A stretch of DNA of 64,000 bases from an uncultured Candidatus Poseidoniales archaeon (GTDB lineage: Archaea > Thermoplasmatota > Poseidoniia > Poseidoniales > CAYMED01). A program made the translations under genes and the position numbers. Below are positions 41,806 to 51,757 of the stretch, piece by piece. The notes under the pieces are model-generated. The model did no database searches and was not told the DNA's origin. It saw only the letters and a list, made by a program, of their open reading frames with translations. Within the stretch, counting starts at the first letter, position 1; each line of letters begins with the position of its first letter. The stretch covers positions 1 through 64,000 of the forward strand of contig CAYMED010000014.1 in NCBI GenBank assembly GCA_964389655.1, read 5' to 3'.

Positions 41806-41859
41806 CCACCTCTCTGAGATTCAGAGGAATCGACAGATCGCAGGGCCGATGTTATTTAA
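41806..41859 (-). promoter_or_regulatory. tfb promoter/leader: TATA TTAAATAA (41852-41859), leader hairpin (41812-41826), SD GAGGTGG
   Basis: All three elements read directly on the minus strand upstream of the tfb ATG. Confidence 0.55.
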
Positions 41860-41949
41860 CGATTGCGTGAAGTTGATATGTTAGGTTTCCGGCCGCGGGG
41901 TACTTTCTTTTCCCGAACTCGTGAAATAATTCTTCGTTTTCCGAGAGTT

Positions 41950-43944
41950 ATGGGGAATGAAAATAGAGAGTGGCCACCCCGTACAATTCGGCTTGATCCA
42001 AAGAAGAGAATTCTATTCTTGACAAAGGATTTAAACCTAATTCGGCAACAAATTGATGGGGATTTAAATCTCAAAATGGATGATTTAAATGTCAGCGAGT
42101 TACTGGATGATATCAATACTGACGTCATGACTCCTGCATGGGTTTGTTTCGATCATGACCCTGTTGCCATTGCGGAAAATGCCTATGCTGGTTTATTGCA
42201 TGGTGGAAAACGAGTCGTTCCCCCTCGCGGATTAATTGAGGGAAATTTTGAAGTGATTGTTTCGGGAATGAGAAAAGGCACTGGCTCGAGTCGGGAAACT
42301 GCAGCTCAGTGCGAGCGGTGGTCAGGTATTCGAATCATCATTGCATCATCATTTGCCCCTATTCATGAACGAAACAATATCAATTTGGGGCAATTAATGG
42401 GAGATCACGAGATGTTGCGCAGACTACAGGGGGGTGAGGAAATAAATATCGATGAATTTGCCGAAAATTATGACCCACTCACACGATTAATCATTACAAG
42501 TGGGGGATTATTCTCCTTTGCTGAAAAGTTAGAGCGCGGGGTCATACAAGTTCCTTCGGAAAGTCACCCGCCTAGGCCAATGACAATGGTAGAAAAAATA
42601 TTATCAAAAAAGCGAATTGATGGGAGGGGAAAACCAACACGCTCGGGTGATGTGGTTATTGCTCAAGTTGATGGAGGATATAGCCACGAATTTACTACCG
42701 CCCAAGTACATTCTTTTCTCCAAGAACGGTATGGAAATGATTACAAGATTGTGAATCCAAACAAGTTTGCGGTTTTTGAAGACCACTTGCTCTATGCAAT
42801 GTCAAACCCAAAATTCCGACCATTTGAGGATAAAATATCTACCCTGCGCAGCCTCCAGAATGAATTCCAAAGACACACAGGGGTCAGGGATTATTCAGCA
42901 AAAAATGGAGTATCACCTGGTATTTGCCATCAAGTTGCACGAGAAGAATTTATCGACATCGGCGATCTTATTTTGGCAACAGATAGCCATACTTGCATGG
43001 GAGGAGGAGGGAATGCCCTGGCTTACGGAGTTGGGGCAACAGAATACGCAGCACTCATTCATTCGGGGTTTACATTTGTCCGTGTCCCAGAATCAATTCG
43101 TTTTGAGTTAATTGGCGCCTTGGCTGATAATTGTACTGCAAAAGATGTGATGTTGCATATTCTGCTTCATTATGCACTTCATGAGCATACATTGGATCGA
43201 GTCATTGAATTTGGGGGAGAGGGAATGAATTCTCTTTCTATGGATGAACGTGCTACATTGTGCAATATGGCAACTGAATGTAGTGCAAAAAGTGGTATTT
43301 GTGAAGCGGATCAGAAAACATATGACTGGTTAAATCAGCGCCGAGAGGGGCTCGAAAAAGGTTCAAGAAGGATTTCGCCAGACCCTGAAGCAATCTATGA
43401 TGGGGGGAAATACACAATCGATTTATCCACCATACGCCCAATGGTTGCGCACCCAGGAAAACCAGACAAAGGAATACCTTCAGACCCCACAAACGGGGCG
43501 TTTGTTGATGATATTGGCCATGTTCCCATTGATATTGCATATGGGGGCTCCTGTACGGCGGGAAAAGAGAAGGATTTATTGGACTACGCGCGTGTCTGTA
43601 AAGAGGCAAAGAAAAATGGACGAGAAGTTGCTGATCATGTTTCATTTATCATCCAATTTGGTTCAATTATTGTCGCGGAGATGGCTAGGAGAGAAGGGTT
43701 GGTTGAATTGTTCGATTCAGTCGGAGTTCAGCTAATTGAACCGGGATGTGGCGCGTGTATTGGGGCCGGACCTGGTGTTTCAACAAATCGTGAACAAATC
43801 ACAGTATCTGCAATTAATCGCAATTTCCAAGGTCGATCTGGGCCTGGGAAATTGTATCTGGCTAGTCCCTTGACCGTTGCTGCAAGTGCATTTGCAGGTT
43901 ACATTACTGCATATGACGTAGGGATGTTCGACAGTCATAATTGA
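41950..43944 (+). CDS. Aconitase-family dehydratase with the swivel (LeuD-like) domain N-terminal to the LeuC-like domains
   Basis: DDINTD and GTGSSRE come first; then DSHT, CNM-x2-E, GSCT, PGCGAC, NRNFQGR, LASP. Confidence 0.9.
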   Translation: MGNENREWPPRTIRLDPKKRILFLTKDLNLIRQQIDGDLNLKMDDLNVSELLDDINTDVMTPAWVCFDHDPVAIAENAYAGLLHGGKRVVPPRGLIEGNFEVIVSGMRKGTGSSRETAAQCERWSGIRIIIASSFAPIHERNNINLGQLMGDHEMLRRLQGGEEINIDEFAENYDPLTRLIITSGGLFSFAEKLERGVIQVPSESHPPRPMTMVEKILSKKRIDGRGKPTRSGDVVIAQVDGGYSHEFTTAQVHSFLQERYGNDYKIVNPNKFAVFEDHLLYAMSNPKFRPFEDKISTLRSLQNEFQRHTGVRDYSAKNGVSPGICHQVAREEFIDIGDLILATDSHTCMGGGGNALAYGVGATEYAALIHSGFTFVRVPESIRFELIGALADNCTAKDVMLHILLHYALHEHTLDRVIEFGGEGMNSLSMDERATLCNMATECSAKSGICEADQKTYDWLNQRREGLEKGSRRISPDPEAIYDGGKYTIDLSTIRPMVAHPGKPDKGIPSDPTNGAFVDDIGHVPIDIAYGGSCTAGKEKDLLDYARVCKEAKKNGREVADHVSFIIQFGSIIVAEMARREGLVELFDSVGVQLIEPGCGACIGAGPGVSTNREQITVSAINRNFQGRSGPGKLYLASPLTVAASAFAGYITAYDVGMFDSHN

Positions 43945-44152
43945 AGAAGAGTATGGATCATTTTAGTTACCTTTCAGCACTTGTCTCTGAAATTTCCACT
44001 GGATGTTGAGGGGAAATATTGAATGTCGCCAAATACTCCCTTCCTCATTATCAAGCCATCACTACCCATTACTTTGATGAATGCTCATGAACCTCCTGCT
44101 GCGCCTATGATAGAGCGACTATGGCCTGATGACCTAATGGAGAAGGGATTTT

Positions 44153-46156
44153 ATGGAGGGAATAAAAGGAAAAAATCGAGCTTTTAGTGCCAAAGATTTG
44201 GCCGCAAAACAAAAACAAATTTCCATTGGTGAGTTTTTCGAGAAAAATAAACACTTCTTAGGGTTTGATACGCCACAACGATCCCTTATAACTGCAGTAA
44301 AGGAGGGAGTTGATAATAGTCTCGACGCGTGCGAAGAAGCGAGGATCTTACCTAAAATTAGTGTGAAAATCGAGAAATGTGAAGAGGATAAAGAAAATAT
44401 ATTACTCACAATCAGAGATAATGGGCCAGGAATACCAAAATCTGCAATCGAAAACGTATTTGGCAAATTGTTATTCGGTTCGAGGTTCCATGCTGTTCGG
44501 CAAAGCAGAGGACAACAAGGAATTGGAATCACAGGGGTTGTTATGTACTCCCAATTAACGACTGGAAAGCCCGTATTAATTACGACGAAGATCGCAAGTG
44601 AAGCAACTGCAATGCGCACTGAAATTAGTTTGGATACAAAACGAAACAAGGCGATTACGCATGGGTTTGACCGCATTATATGGGTGGATGAAGATGGAAC
44701 TCAAATTGATCACGGTGTTGAAATCATTGCTCAAATGAAGGGGAAGTACATACGTGGAAAACAATCAGTACAAGCTTATCTTAAGGGGACGGCAATCGTC
44801 AACCCTCATGCTGATATCACATTCATTGAACCAAATAAAAACATGTTTCGATGGCCTTCAGTCACTGACCATTTACCGCGACAAGTCATCGAAATCCGCC
44901 CGCACCCACATGGCCTTGAATTAGGTCAAATGATGAGAATGGCAGAGGAAACTAGTGAAAAGGCGATGAAAGGATTTCTTCGAAGGGAGTTTAGCGGCGT
45001 ATCTACGCGTGCGGCTGAACGTGTTTGTGATGCGGCTGGAATAAAACGCACAACGACGCCAAAAAGAATTGACATGAAGGGAATTGGAAAGTTACTTGAT
45101 GCTTTGAAAATGGAAAAATTATCACCGCCTGCTGTAAATTGCCTCTCCCCAATTGAAGGGCTTCTAATCAAAAAAGGACTTGCTAAAGCAATTGATTCGA
45201 GGTTTTCTGCGACTCTAACACGGCCACCCCAAGTTAGCAATGGGAATCCATTTCAAATTGAAGTGGGACTTGTCTTTGGTGGGGACCTTCCCAGGGATGG
45301 ACAAGTGCAAATACTCCGGTTTGCGAATCGTGTTCCGCTGCTTTACCAGCAAGGAGGATGTCTTTTGACACAAATTGTTGAATCAGTAGACTGGAGGCAA
45401 TATGGTTTAGAACAAAGAGGAGGGAAAGGGATTCCCCATGGGCCCGCTGCTGTTCTAGTTCATTTAGCTTCTACAAATGTTCAATTTACGTCTGAAGCAA
45501 AAGAAGCCGTAGCAGATAGCGGCGAAGTGCGTGCAGAAGGGAGAAAGGCACTACTAGAATTAGGCAGAGGATTGCGCACACACCTCAAGCGTAAAGCGAG
45601 AATGGCAAAAAGTAGGGAAAAATTTGAATTGGTGAATGAAATTTTGCCATTGATTGCTGAAAAAACTGAGAACATCTTAGGACGGGAAAAATTGGATTTA
45701 GGGCCAGTAATTACACGAATTATGAATGCTGTGTTCTGTGAATTAAATACTGATTTTGATTTGAATTCTGGAGAACTATCGATCTCAATCCTGGTGAAAA
45801 ATCATACTGAAAAGGTCCGTTCTCATTCATTTTTGTGTTCAATTCCATTTGGAAGTCCTGTTGAACTTGTCGAAGAGTCTAGGGTAGGGTATGATGAAGT
45901 CCCGGGGCTTCGGGCATGGGCATTACAAGATATTGGTGCTGGTGAGGACTATTGCTTAAACATGAGATTTAAAGGATGTGAAAAAGGTGATATGAGAGGG
46001 GTTGAAGTGCATCATAGGGGAAAGGGGGAAATTATTGGATCGGAATTGATTGATGAACAAATACTTGCATCCATGAAAATGGATCACGAACAGAGTTTAT
46101 TAGCGGATTCAGATGATGGTCAAAGTTCATTAATGGAATGGGGGGAAAATGAATGA
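44153..46156 (+). CDS. top6B: DNA topoisomerase VI subunit B
   Basis: EFFEKN, GHKL motifs (E-x-VDNSLDA, DNGPGI, SRGQQGIG), RFANRVPL, SEAKEA. Confidence 0.97.
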   Translation: MEGIKGKNRAFSAKDLAAKQKQISIGEFFEKNKHFLGFDTPQRSLITAVKEGVDNSLDACEEARILPKISVKIEKCEEDKENILLTIRDNGPGIPKSAIENVFGKLLFGSRFHAVRQSRGQQGIGITGVVMYSQLTTGKPVLITTKIASEATAMRTEISLDTKRNKAITHGFDRIIWVDEDGTQIDHGVEIIAQMKGKYIRGKQSVQAYLKGTAIVNPHADITFIEPNKNMFRWPSVTDHLPRQVIEIRPHPHGLELGQMMRMAEETSEKAMKGFLRREFSGVSTRAAERVCDAAGIKRTTTPKRIDMKGIGKLLDALKMEKLSPPAVNCLSPIEGLLIKKGLAKAIDSRFSATLTRPPQVSNGNPFQIEVGLVFGGDLPRDGQVQILRFANRVPLLYQQGGCLLTQIVESVDWRQYGLEQRGGKGIPHGPAAVLVHLASTNVQFTSEAKEAVADSGEVRAEGRKALLELGRGLRTHLKRKARMAKSREKFELVNEILPLIAEKTENILGREKLDLGPVITRIMNAVFCELNTDFDLNSGELSISILVKNHTEKVRSHSFLCSIPFGSPVELVEESRVGYDEVPGLRAWALQDIGAGEDYCLNMRFKGCEKGDMRGVEVHHRGKGEIIGSELIDEQILASMKMDHEQSLLADSDDGQSSLMEWGENE

Positions 46157-47250
46157 GAAAGATTGTGCTCCCTGAAGAGACAATTGAGGCCCTCGAAAAT
46201 GTAGCTGCTGAAATGTATGAGCGAATGAATGGGGGTGATGCTCCAACAATGACATTGCCAGTTCGTACAAAGGCGAATATACTATTTGACCCAAAAATCA
46301 GCGTTTATACATATGGTCCACGGCAGAGCATAAGAAATGGAGCGGAATTAGGATCGGCAAAGAGAATGTTGCGCGCTTTACATGTCATTGAATTCATTTC
46401 TGAAATGATTCATGCAAGCAAAAGTTCGACCCTTCGTGAGATGTACTATATTTCAGAAGGGTGGGGGTATGGAAAATTTCCCTCCCAAGCAGAAAGCAAT
46501 GGTTTGTGTGAAGATCTAGAAATAGTTACTCGTTTGATGAGGGAGGACTTCCGTCTAAGGCCAGAAGAAGATGGAAGTCGCATGATTGGAAATATTACGA
46601 TTGAGGAATTAAATCGGAAAGGAGATTGGATGAGAATCAATTGTCGTGATGATGTTGGAGATTCAGGCTATGGTATTCCTCATAATGTAGAAGAAGGAAA
46701 AATTAGATTGATTAATTCGGGAGTTTCTTTTGTGATCGCAGTGGAAACGGGGGGGATGTTTGACCGGCTTGTTGAGAATGGATTTGATGAAGATCACAAT
46801 TGTCTATTGATACATTTGAAAGGGCAACCAGCCAGATCTACTAGAAGAATGATAAAACGGATCAATGAAACATGGAATTTACCGGTGGTCGTATTCACTG
46901 ATGGAGATCCTTATTCATTCAGAATTTTTGCTTCTGTGGCATATGGCGCCATAAAAACGGCGCACATCTCGCACCACCTTGCAACACCATCTGCTCAATA
47001 TTTAGGCATCACCGCAGATGATATTCTTGCACATGAATTACCTGCTGATGATTTAACTCCTGAAGATATCAAGGCTTTGAAGTCAGAATTAACTGATCCA
47101 AGGTTTGAAGATGGGTGGTGGAAAGAACAAATTGAATTGATGTTAGATCTCGGAAAAAAGGCAGAACAACAGGCTTTAGCAAAATATGGACTGGATTATG
47201 TTACTGATACATACCTTCCAGAAAAACTTCAACAATTAGGTCTTAACTAA
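46153..47250 (+). CDS. top6A: DNA topoisomerase VI subunit A
   Basis: TLREMYY (catalytic Tyr), AVE-x-GG, KGQP, DGDP, KAEQQAL. Confidence 0.97.
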   Translation: MRKIVLPEETIEALENVAAEMYERMNGGDAPTMTLPVRTKANILFDPKISVYTYGPRQSIRNGAELGSAKRMLRALHVIEFISEMIHASKSSTLREMYYISEGWGYGKFPSQAESNGLCEDLEIVTRLMREDFRLRPEEDGSRMIGNITIEELNRKGDWMRINCRDDVGDSGYGIPHNVEEGKIRLINSGVSFVIAVETGGMFDRLVENGFDEDHNCLLIHLKGQPARSTRRMIKRINETWNLPVVVFTDGDPYSFRIFASVAYGAIKTAHISHHLATPSAQYLGITADDILAHELPADDLTPEDIKALKSELTDPRFEDGWWKEQIELMLDLGKKAEQQALAKYGLDYVTDTYLPEKLQQLGLN

Positions 47251-47263
47251 AGAAGGAAAATAT

Positions 47264-48172
47264 ATGGAAAAAGGGAGAAACAAAATAGGGCTATATCTGC
47301 TCATTGGCGGGTTACTATCGGCATTTATCGGTGTTGCGCTGCTTATTCCTCAAATTGAAGAGGTTGTAGGAACCCCTCCTCCAAACAAAAATTTAGCAGA
47401 ATTAAGCGGGGGAGTCGGATGGGTTGAATTAAAGGAAGGAATGAATATTGCAGTATATGGCGTATCAAGTGCAAATGGAAAAGAGGTTACTCTAACGGGT
47501 CCGAATGGAAATTTAATTGATCTTGAGCCGAGTTCACAGGCAATGGATGTATATTCCCTAGAAAATGGGGGGGGGTCATCTTGGGTTCCCTTGGGTGTGT
47601 GGATCACAACTGAAAATGGGACACATGAATTTCAATATGAGGGAAACTCCACGTTATGGGTGGTCAACCTAACTGAAATGAATGAAAATAGGTTTACCAC
47701 TCCAGTTACTATTGCCAGCTTGTTATGTAATGCATCATGTTGTTTAATACCTGTCGGAACGATTGTTATGGTGTTGAGTCGAAAAAAGAAGGTGCAGAGC
47801 CAACAAAGTCAAGTTTGGATTCAGGCACCTGATGGAACAATGACTCCGGCTCAGACATCTTTTCAGCAAATTGGACATGAACAACACGCATTAATGGGTG
47901 TGCCTACAACACAAGAGATATGGGAAAATATGGATGAAAACGAGATAATAAATGAAAATGTGAAAATCAACCAAATAAGAGATCCATTCATTGGAGAACC
48001 AAAAAAAGAGAACGTGGTTGAGATCGAAAAAGATGTTACGAACAAAATAACTGTAGGTGTCACAAGCAAGATTACAGTAAAGGATCATGTGGAAAATGAA
48101 GAAGTGGATTCTTTGAATGTTGAATTGGAAAATAATGAAAATGATGCATGGAAATCGTGGGATGAGGGTTAA
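47264..48172 (+). CDS. Hypothetical membrane protein
   Basis: N-terminal TM, second TM containing a CC pair, acidic low-complexity tail ending WKSWDEG. Confidence 0.7.
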   Translation: MEKGRNKIGLYLLIGGLLSAFIGVALLIPQIEEVVGTPPPNKNLAELSGGVGWVELKEGMNIAVYGVSSANGKEVTLTGPNGNLIDLEPSSQAMDVYSLENGGGSSWVPLGVWITTENGTHEFQYEGNSTLWVVNLTEMNENRFTTPVTIASLLCNASCCLIPVGTIVMVLSRKKKVQSQQSQVWIQAPDGTMTPAQTSFQQIGHEQHALMGVPTTQEIWENMDENEIINENVKINQIRDPFIGEPKKENVVEIEKDVTNKITVGVTSKITVKDHVENEEVDSLNVELENNENDAWKSWDEG

Positions 48173-48229
48173 AATCGAATGCGTCGCCTTCAAAGCCAAT
48201 GGGGAATACAGTAGATTGGACGAAATACC

Positions 48230-48967
48230 ATGGACCCGAGCGATGCCCTCACAATTCTCGTGAATGATGTCCGCAGAAATATCCTAAAACGCCTTGTCCG
48301 AGAACCACACTATCCTCTCCAACTTGCCCAATTAATAGGAGTTAGTCAACAGGCGATTATGAAGCACTTGAAAGTTCTAGAAGATGGGGGTTTTGTTGAA
48401 AATGAGAAGGTCCCATCTGAGAAAGGAGGTCCCCCAAAACGTATTTTCTTTGTGAAAAAATCAGTCAGTCTCCGCATAGATGTTGGCCCCGATCTCTTTC
48501 GATTGGAATCTAGACCATTACCAAACGGCTCACCTGCCTCATTGCGAGAAGATCTACCCGATGACATTAGTAACTTGATCTCAAGAATCCAAAGAAAAAG
48601 GAAAATGCCTGTTAGTGAGGCTGTTGAAGCCCTTGCTGAAATTGAGGATACATTAACAGTACTTGATCGAAAGCGAGATGCATTAATTGCCCTACAACAA
48701 CACGTGAGGGGGAGGGCAAATCGATCTGTTGATCAAATTGACACATATGTTGAACGAAGAATCATTCATGGATTTCTTGAGGAACCATCCATCCATTTTG
48801 ATTCAGATGAACTTTCTAAAAGATTGTCATTAGATATAAGCGAGGCTGAAGAAATGCTTGAAAGTGTGCGCTCAAGAATTTTAGTAGAAATGGCGCAAAG
48901 AAAAGGAAGTGTTCTTGCTGGAAGACCAACACCAAACTTACCGTGGTGGATGGTCAAAAAAGATTAA
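48230..48967 (+). CDS. ArsR-family winged-helix transcription regulator
   Basis: RRNILKRL...QLAQLIGVSQQAIMKHLKVLE-x-GG...GGPP; followed by a coiled coil. Confidence 0.88.
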   Translation: MDPSDALTILVNDVRRNILKRLVREPHYPLQLAQLIGVSQQAIMKHLKVLEDGGFVENEKVPSEKGGPPKRIFFVKKSVSLRIDVGPDLFRLESRPLPNGSPASLREDLPDDISNLISRIQRKRKMPVSEAVEALAEIEDTLTVLDRKRDALIALQQHVRGRANRSVDQIDTYVERRIIHGFLEEPSIHFDSDELSKRLSLDISEAEEMLESVRSRILVEMAQRKGSVLAGRPTPNLPWWMVKKD

Positions 48968-48969
48968 TT

Positions 48970-49587
48970 TCATGCCCAATGACTTGGGTCAAAATCTTCC
49001 CCAAATCCCACGTCTTCGTCTGGAATAAGAACTGTATCACTTGATGATGGGGGCCTAGATTTTTTGCCCCGCCGTTCCCAATCATCCACTGGACCTGGCT
49101 TACCCTCCCCGGGGCCATATGCGAATTTAATCTCATGTATTATGGCAAGTTTTGCCAGCCAAAGGCGGCGAAGACTAGACATTAAGCGATGTTTTGAGAG
49201 GCCATCTCGCCACGTTGGTTCGCTAATATGGAAAGCTTGTAGTGGACCATTCCCATCATTTGAATGGCCGACATGAAGCACCCAATCGACTTCGGCACGG
49301 GTGAGTTGTAAGCGAGTCTCATGTAGCCATTCATTCCAAGCAACGGGATCTTCTTTCGCCAATGTGCTCATCTGTTCTTGCTGCCCTACATCAACTTGTG
49401 TTAGCGACCCGATTACCACTAAGTCACGGCCAGTTGGGCATGCCAAATTGAACACATGGCCGTGTTTCGTTGATGGATATCTAACTAGTAAATGCCCTGT
49501 TGTGCGATCATCCTGCCGTTCTCGGACCTCGAGACCCTCGCTTTTTAGCCAATCACGCAAAGTCTGTGCGACATCGTCTGGAAGCAT
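48970..49587 (-). CDS. DUF2299-like archaeal protein
   Basis: DWL-x2-EG start and DGLSK-x-RLM-x3-RR near the end. Confidence 0.65.
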   Translation of the reverse strand: MLPDDVAQTLRDWLKSEGLEVRERQDDRTTGHLLVRYPSTKHGHVFNLACPTGRDLVVIGSLTQVDVGQQEQMSTLAKEDPVAWNEWLHETRLQLTRAEVDWVLHVGHSNDGNGPLQAFHISEPTWRDGLSKHRLMSSLRRLWLAKLAIIHEIKFAYGPGEGKPGPVDDWERRGKKSRPPSSSDTVLIPDEDVGFGEDFDPSHWA

Positions 49588-49627
49588 AGTACCCTGCCGG
49601 AGTTAGGGAGTAGTCTTGAACAAGTCG

Positions 49628-51265
49628 TTACAACACATCATCTAAGTTGTTAATCCAATTGATACTATCGGCCAAAATTTCAGAGTCATTATTCGCAAAG
49701 CGACGGCGCCAAACAGAGCGCCTTAGATCACACCATGCATCAAATCCAACGAAAACAAAGCGGGTCGCCACCCAACATATCACTATAAAAATCAGAAGAT
49801 GAAGAAATATGCTAAACACAAGAAAATGCACCCCACCATCGATTATGGGAGGAGGGGGCACCCCAAATAAAGTAAAAGACCACCAAGAAATTTCCACTAT
49901 AAGGGACATAATGGGCCAAATAAGGAGGGAGCCAATCATTCCAAAAAGAAATTGATACGTTGAACGAGCATCTTCTCCTTCATCGGTTTTATTCCCACCA
50001 ATAAAACCGAGAAAGGTTTGGATACCAGATGCAAGAAAGGCAAGTGGGAGGAGGGTTAATGCCAATAGTATCGCACATGGACGATAGATAATGGATTGAA
50101 ATATCGGTGTTTTTCTTACAACAAGGGACTCTCTATTTTTAGATAAGCGTAAATCTCTCCCATCTAGTCCGTGATGATGGAGGCTTTTTGCCAAGCGACG
50201 AGCACAACCAACAATTGTTGCTGCTGATCCACCCGCTTGTGTGTCATCTGCATCTAAATTTCGAAGAGATGATTGAACAACCCTTGTGCCCTCTACCTCT
50301 TCACGCCACGATTTGAGAGGTTTCTCAGACTTAAGAGCATGAATATGGGCTATAATTGACCAAGTTCGTGCAGTCGCCCAATCGGGAGCGTTGGGGGTAA
50401 AATCAACCAATGTGTTCTTCATTACATCCCGTAATTTATGCACTGTTTCTTGTTTTGGTTCTACCCACTCCCCATTCATCAACTTTGAATGAGATTGGAT
50501 CGAATAAGCTCCGTTTGGGACTTCAATTGGGGTTCCTAATTCAATCCAAACGTCGGTGCGGTAAAGGTGGCGGGCTCGATAATGAAGACCAACTGGCTGA
50601 ATAACAGGAGCCGGGGAATTCTTGCAGGTTGCTAATTCTGCTGCTGCCAAGATCACCCTAGATGGACCCGTTCTAAATCGGATTAGATGACTTTCGGAAT
50701 GGCTTGTCCCTTCAGGGAAAAGAGCGCAACCAAAACCATTCGAAATTCCATCCGCTAAACGATGCAAACTTCTGCCATTGATGAAACGTGCTTCAACTTC
50801 ACTGCAGCCCCCTCGTAAAAGTTCTGCTTGGCGGATGACTGGTTGAAGAGAAAAACGCCGCGCCCAAAAACGAATCCCTCGACGAAGGATGAGATCATGT
50901 CGCCCCCCAATTGTGAAGCGACCCTTTCTAGCATTCAGAATGTGAATGGGGTCAAGAAGCCCATTCGTATGCCAGCCAATGCACAAAGCACCTTTGCCAT
51001 GGTCAACTAATTCACGGCCACTGATTTCCATTGTTCGATATTGGAAGCGGAGAGTTCGACGAATTAGCCACATACCCACGTATACCCAAAATCTAGAACC
51101 GCCCATTTTCCATTCTGTAGTTTCTTCTACCAACCGATCATAATCAAGCCGTGCTGCTGATTTTGAAAGAATAGGGAGGAGTTCCCCTTGCTCATTCATT
51201 GCCCCATCTTCACCATCTACCAGAATCTTTGGGCCGGTGGAAGATCGAGCCGTTTTCTTGGCCAT
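49628..51265 (-). CDS. PlsC/GPAT-family (lyso)phospholipid acyltransferase with C-terminal TMs
   Basis: Block I HTNGLLD (H-x5-D variant), PVIR, block III FPEGTSH, F-x-TG-x2-R, PVGL-x-Y. Confidence 0.85.
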   Translation of the reverse strand: MAKKTARSSTGPKILVDGEDGAMNEQGELLPILSKSAARLDYDRLVEETTEWKMGGSRFWVYVGMWLIRRTLRFQYRTMEISGRELVDHGKGALCIGWHTNGLLDPIHILNARKGRFTIGGRHDLILRRGIRFWARRFSLQPVIRQAELLRGGCSEVEARFINGRSLHRLADGISNGFGCALFPEGTSHSESHLIRFRTGPSRVILAAAELATCKNSPAPVIQPVGLHYRARHLYRTDVWIELGTPIEVPNGAYSIQSHSKLMNGEWVEPKQETVHKLRDVMKNTLVDFTPNAPDWATARTWSIIAHIHALKSEKPLKSWREEVEGTRVVQSSLRNLDADDTQAGGSAATIVGCARRLAKSLHHHGLDGRDLRLSKNRESLVVRKTPIFQSIIYRPCAILLALTLLPLAFLASGIQTFLGFIGGNKTDEGEDARSTYQFLFGMIGSLLIWPIMSLIVEISWWSFTLFGVPPPPIIDGGVHFLVFSIFLHLLIFIVICWVATRFVFVGFDAWCDLRRSVWRRRFANNDSEILADSINWINNLDDVL

Positions 51266-51316
51266 TATATTGGCACAAGAGAGGCATGAAATGAATTTGC
51301 GGGTGAAGGGTTTACT

Positions 51317-51757
51317 CTAGCAAGATCGCAATTTATTTGACAAATTACTTAATTTGTCCGGGTGACTTTCACTAGAATCAAATGGGGGGGCACTTGGGAA
51401 CATGGAAAGAAGAGACGTCCCTCCGTCTCCTTCGAAGCGGGGAATAACATGGACGTGTACATGGGGTATTTCTTGCCCCGCCGCGGGTCCATCGTGTACA
51501 ACAACAGTGTAGTCATCCCCTCCAAAAACACGAGAAAGGCGCCCCTGAACGGCAACAACGCCCTGGATTAATTCAGATAACTCATGCAAATTCAATTCTG
51601 CCAAGTATTTGACGCCTCGACGTGGAATTACCAAAGTGTGCCCATCTGCTCGTGGATGGATGTCAAGAAAAGCAAACACGTGCTCTGAAGAATAAACTTC
51701 GTGTGAGGGTATATCTCCTTTCGCTATAAGTTCAAAAAGAGTCGTCCCAGTCTTCAT
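51317..51757 (-). CDS. HIT family nucleotide hydrolase
   Basis: AFLDIHP...GHTLVIP, AGQ-x-I-x-HVHVH. Confidence 0.95.
   Translation of the reverse strand: MKTGTTLFELIAKGDIPSHEVYSSEHVFAFLDIHPRADGHTLVIPRRGVKYLAELNLHELSELIQGVVAVQGRLSRVFGGDDYTVVVHDGPAAGQEIPHVHVHVIPRFEGDGGTSLLSMFPSAPPFDSSESHPDKLSNLSNKLRSC

Noticed and set aside
44074-44129. Box C/D sRNA-like pattern (TTGATGA...ATGATAG...CTGA, 56 nt) upstream of top6B
   Set aside because: No convincing D' box, no rRNA/tRNA target recognised, and CTGATGA sits where the top6B promoter element is expected
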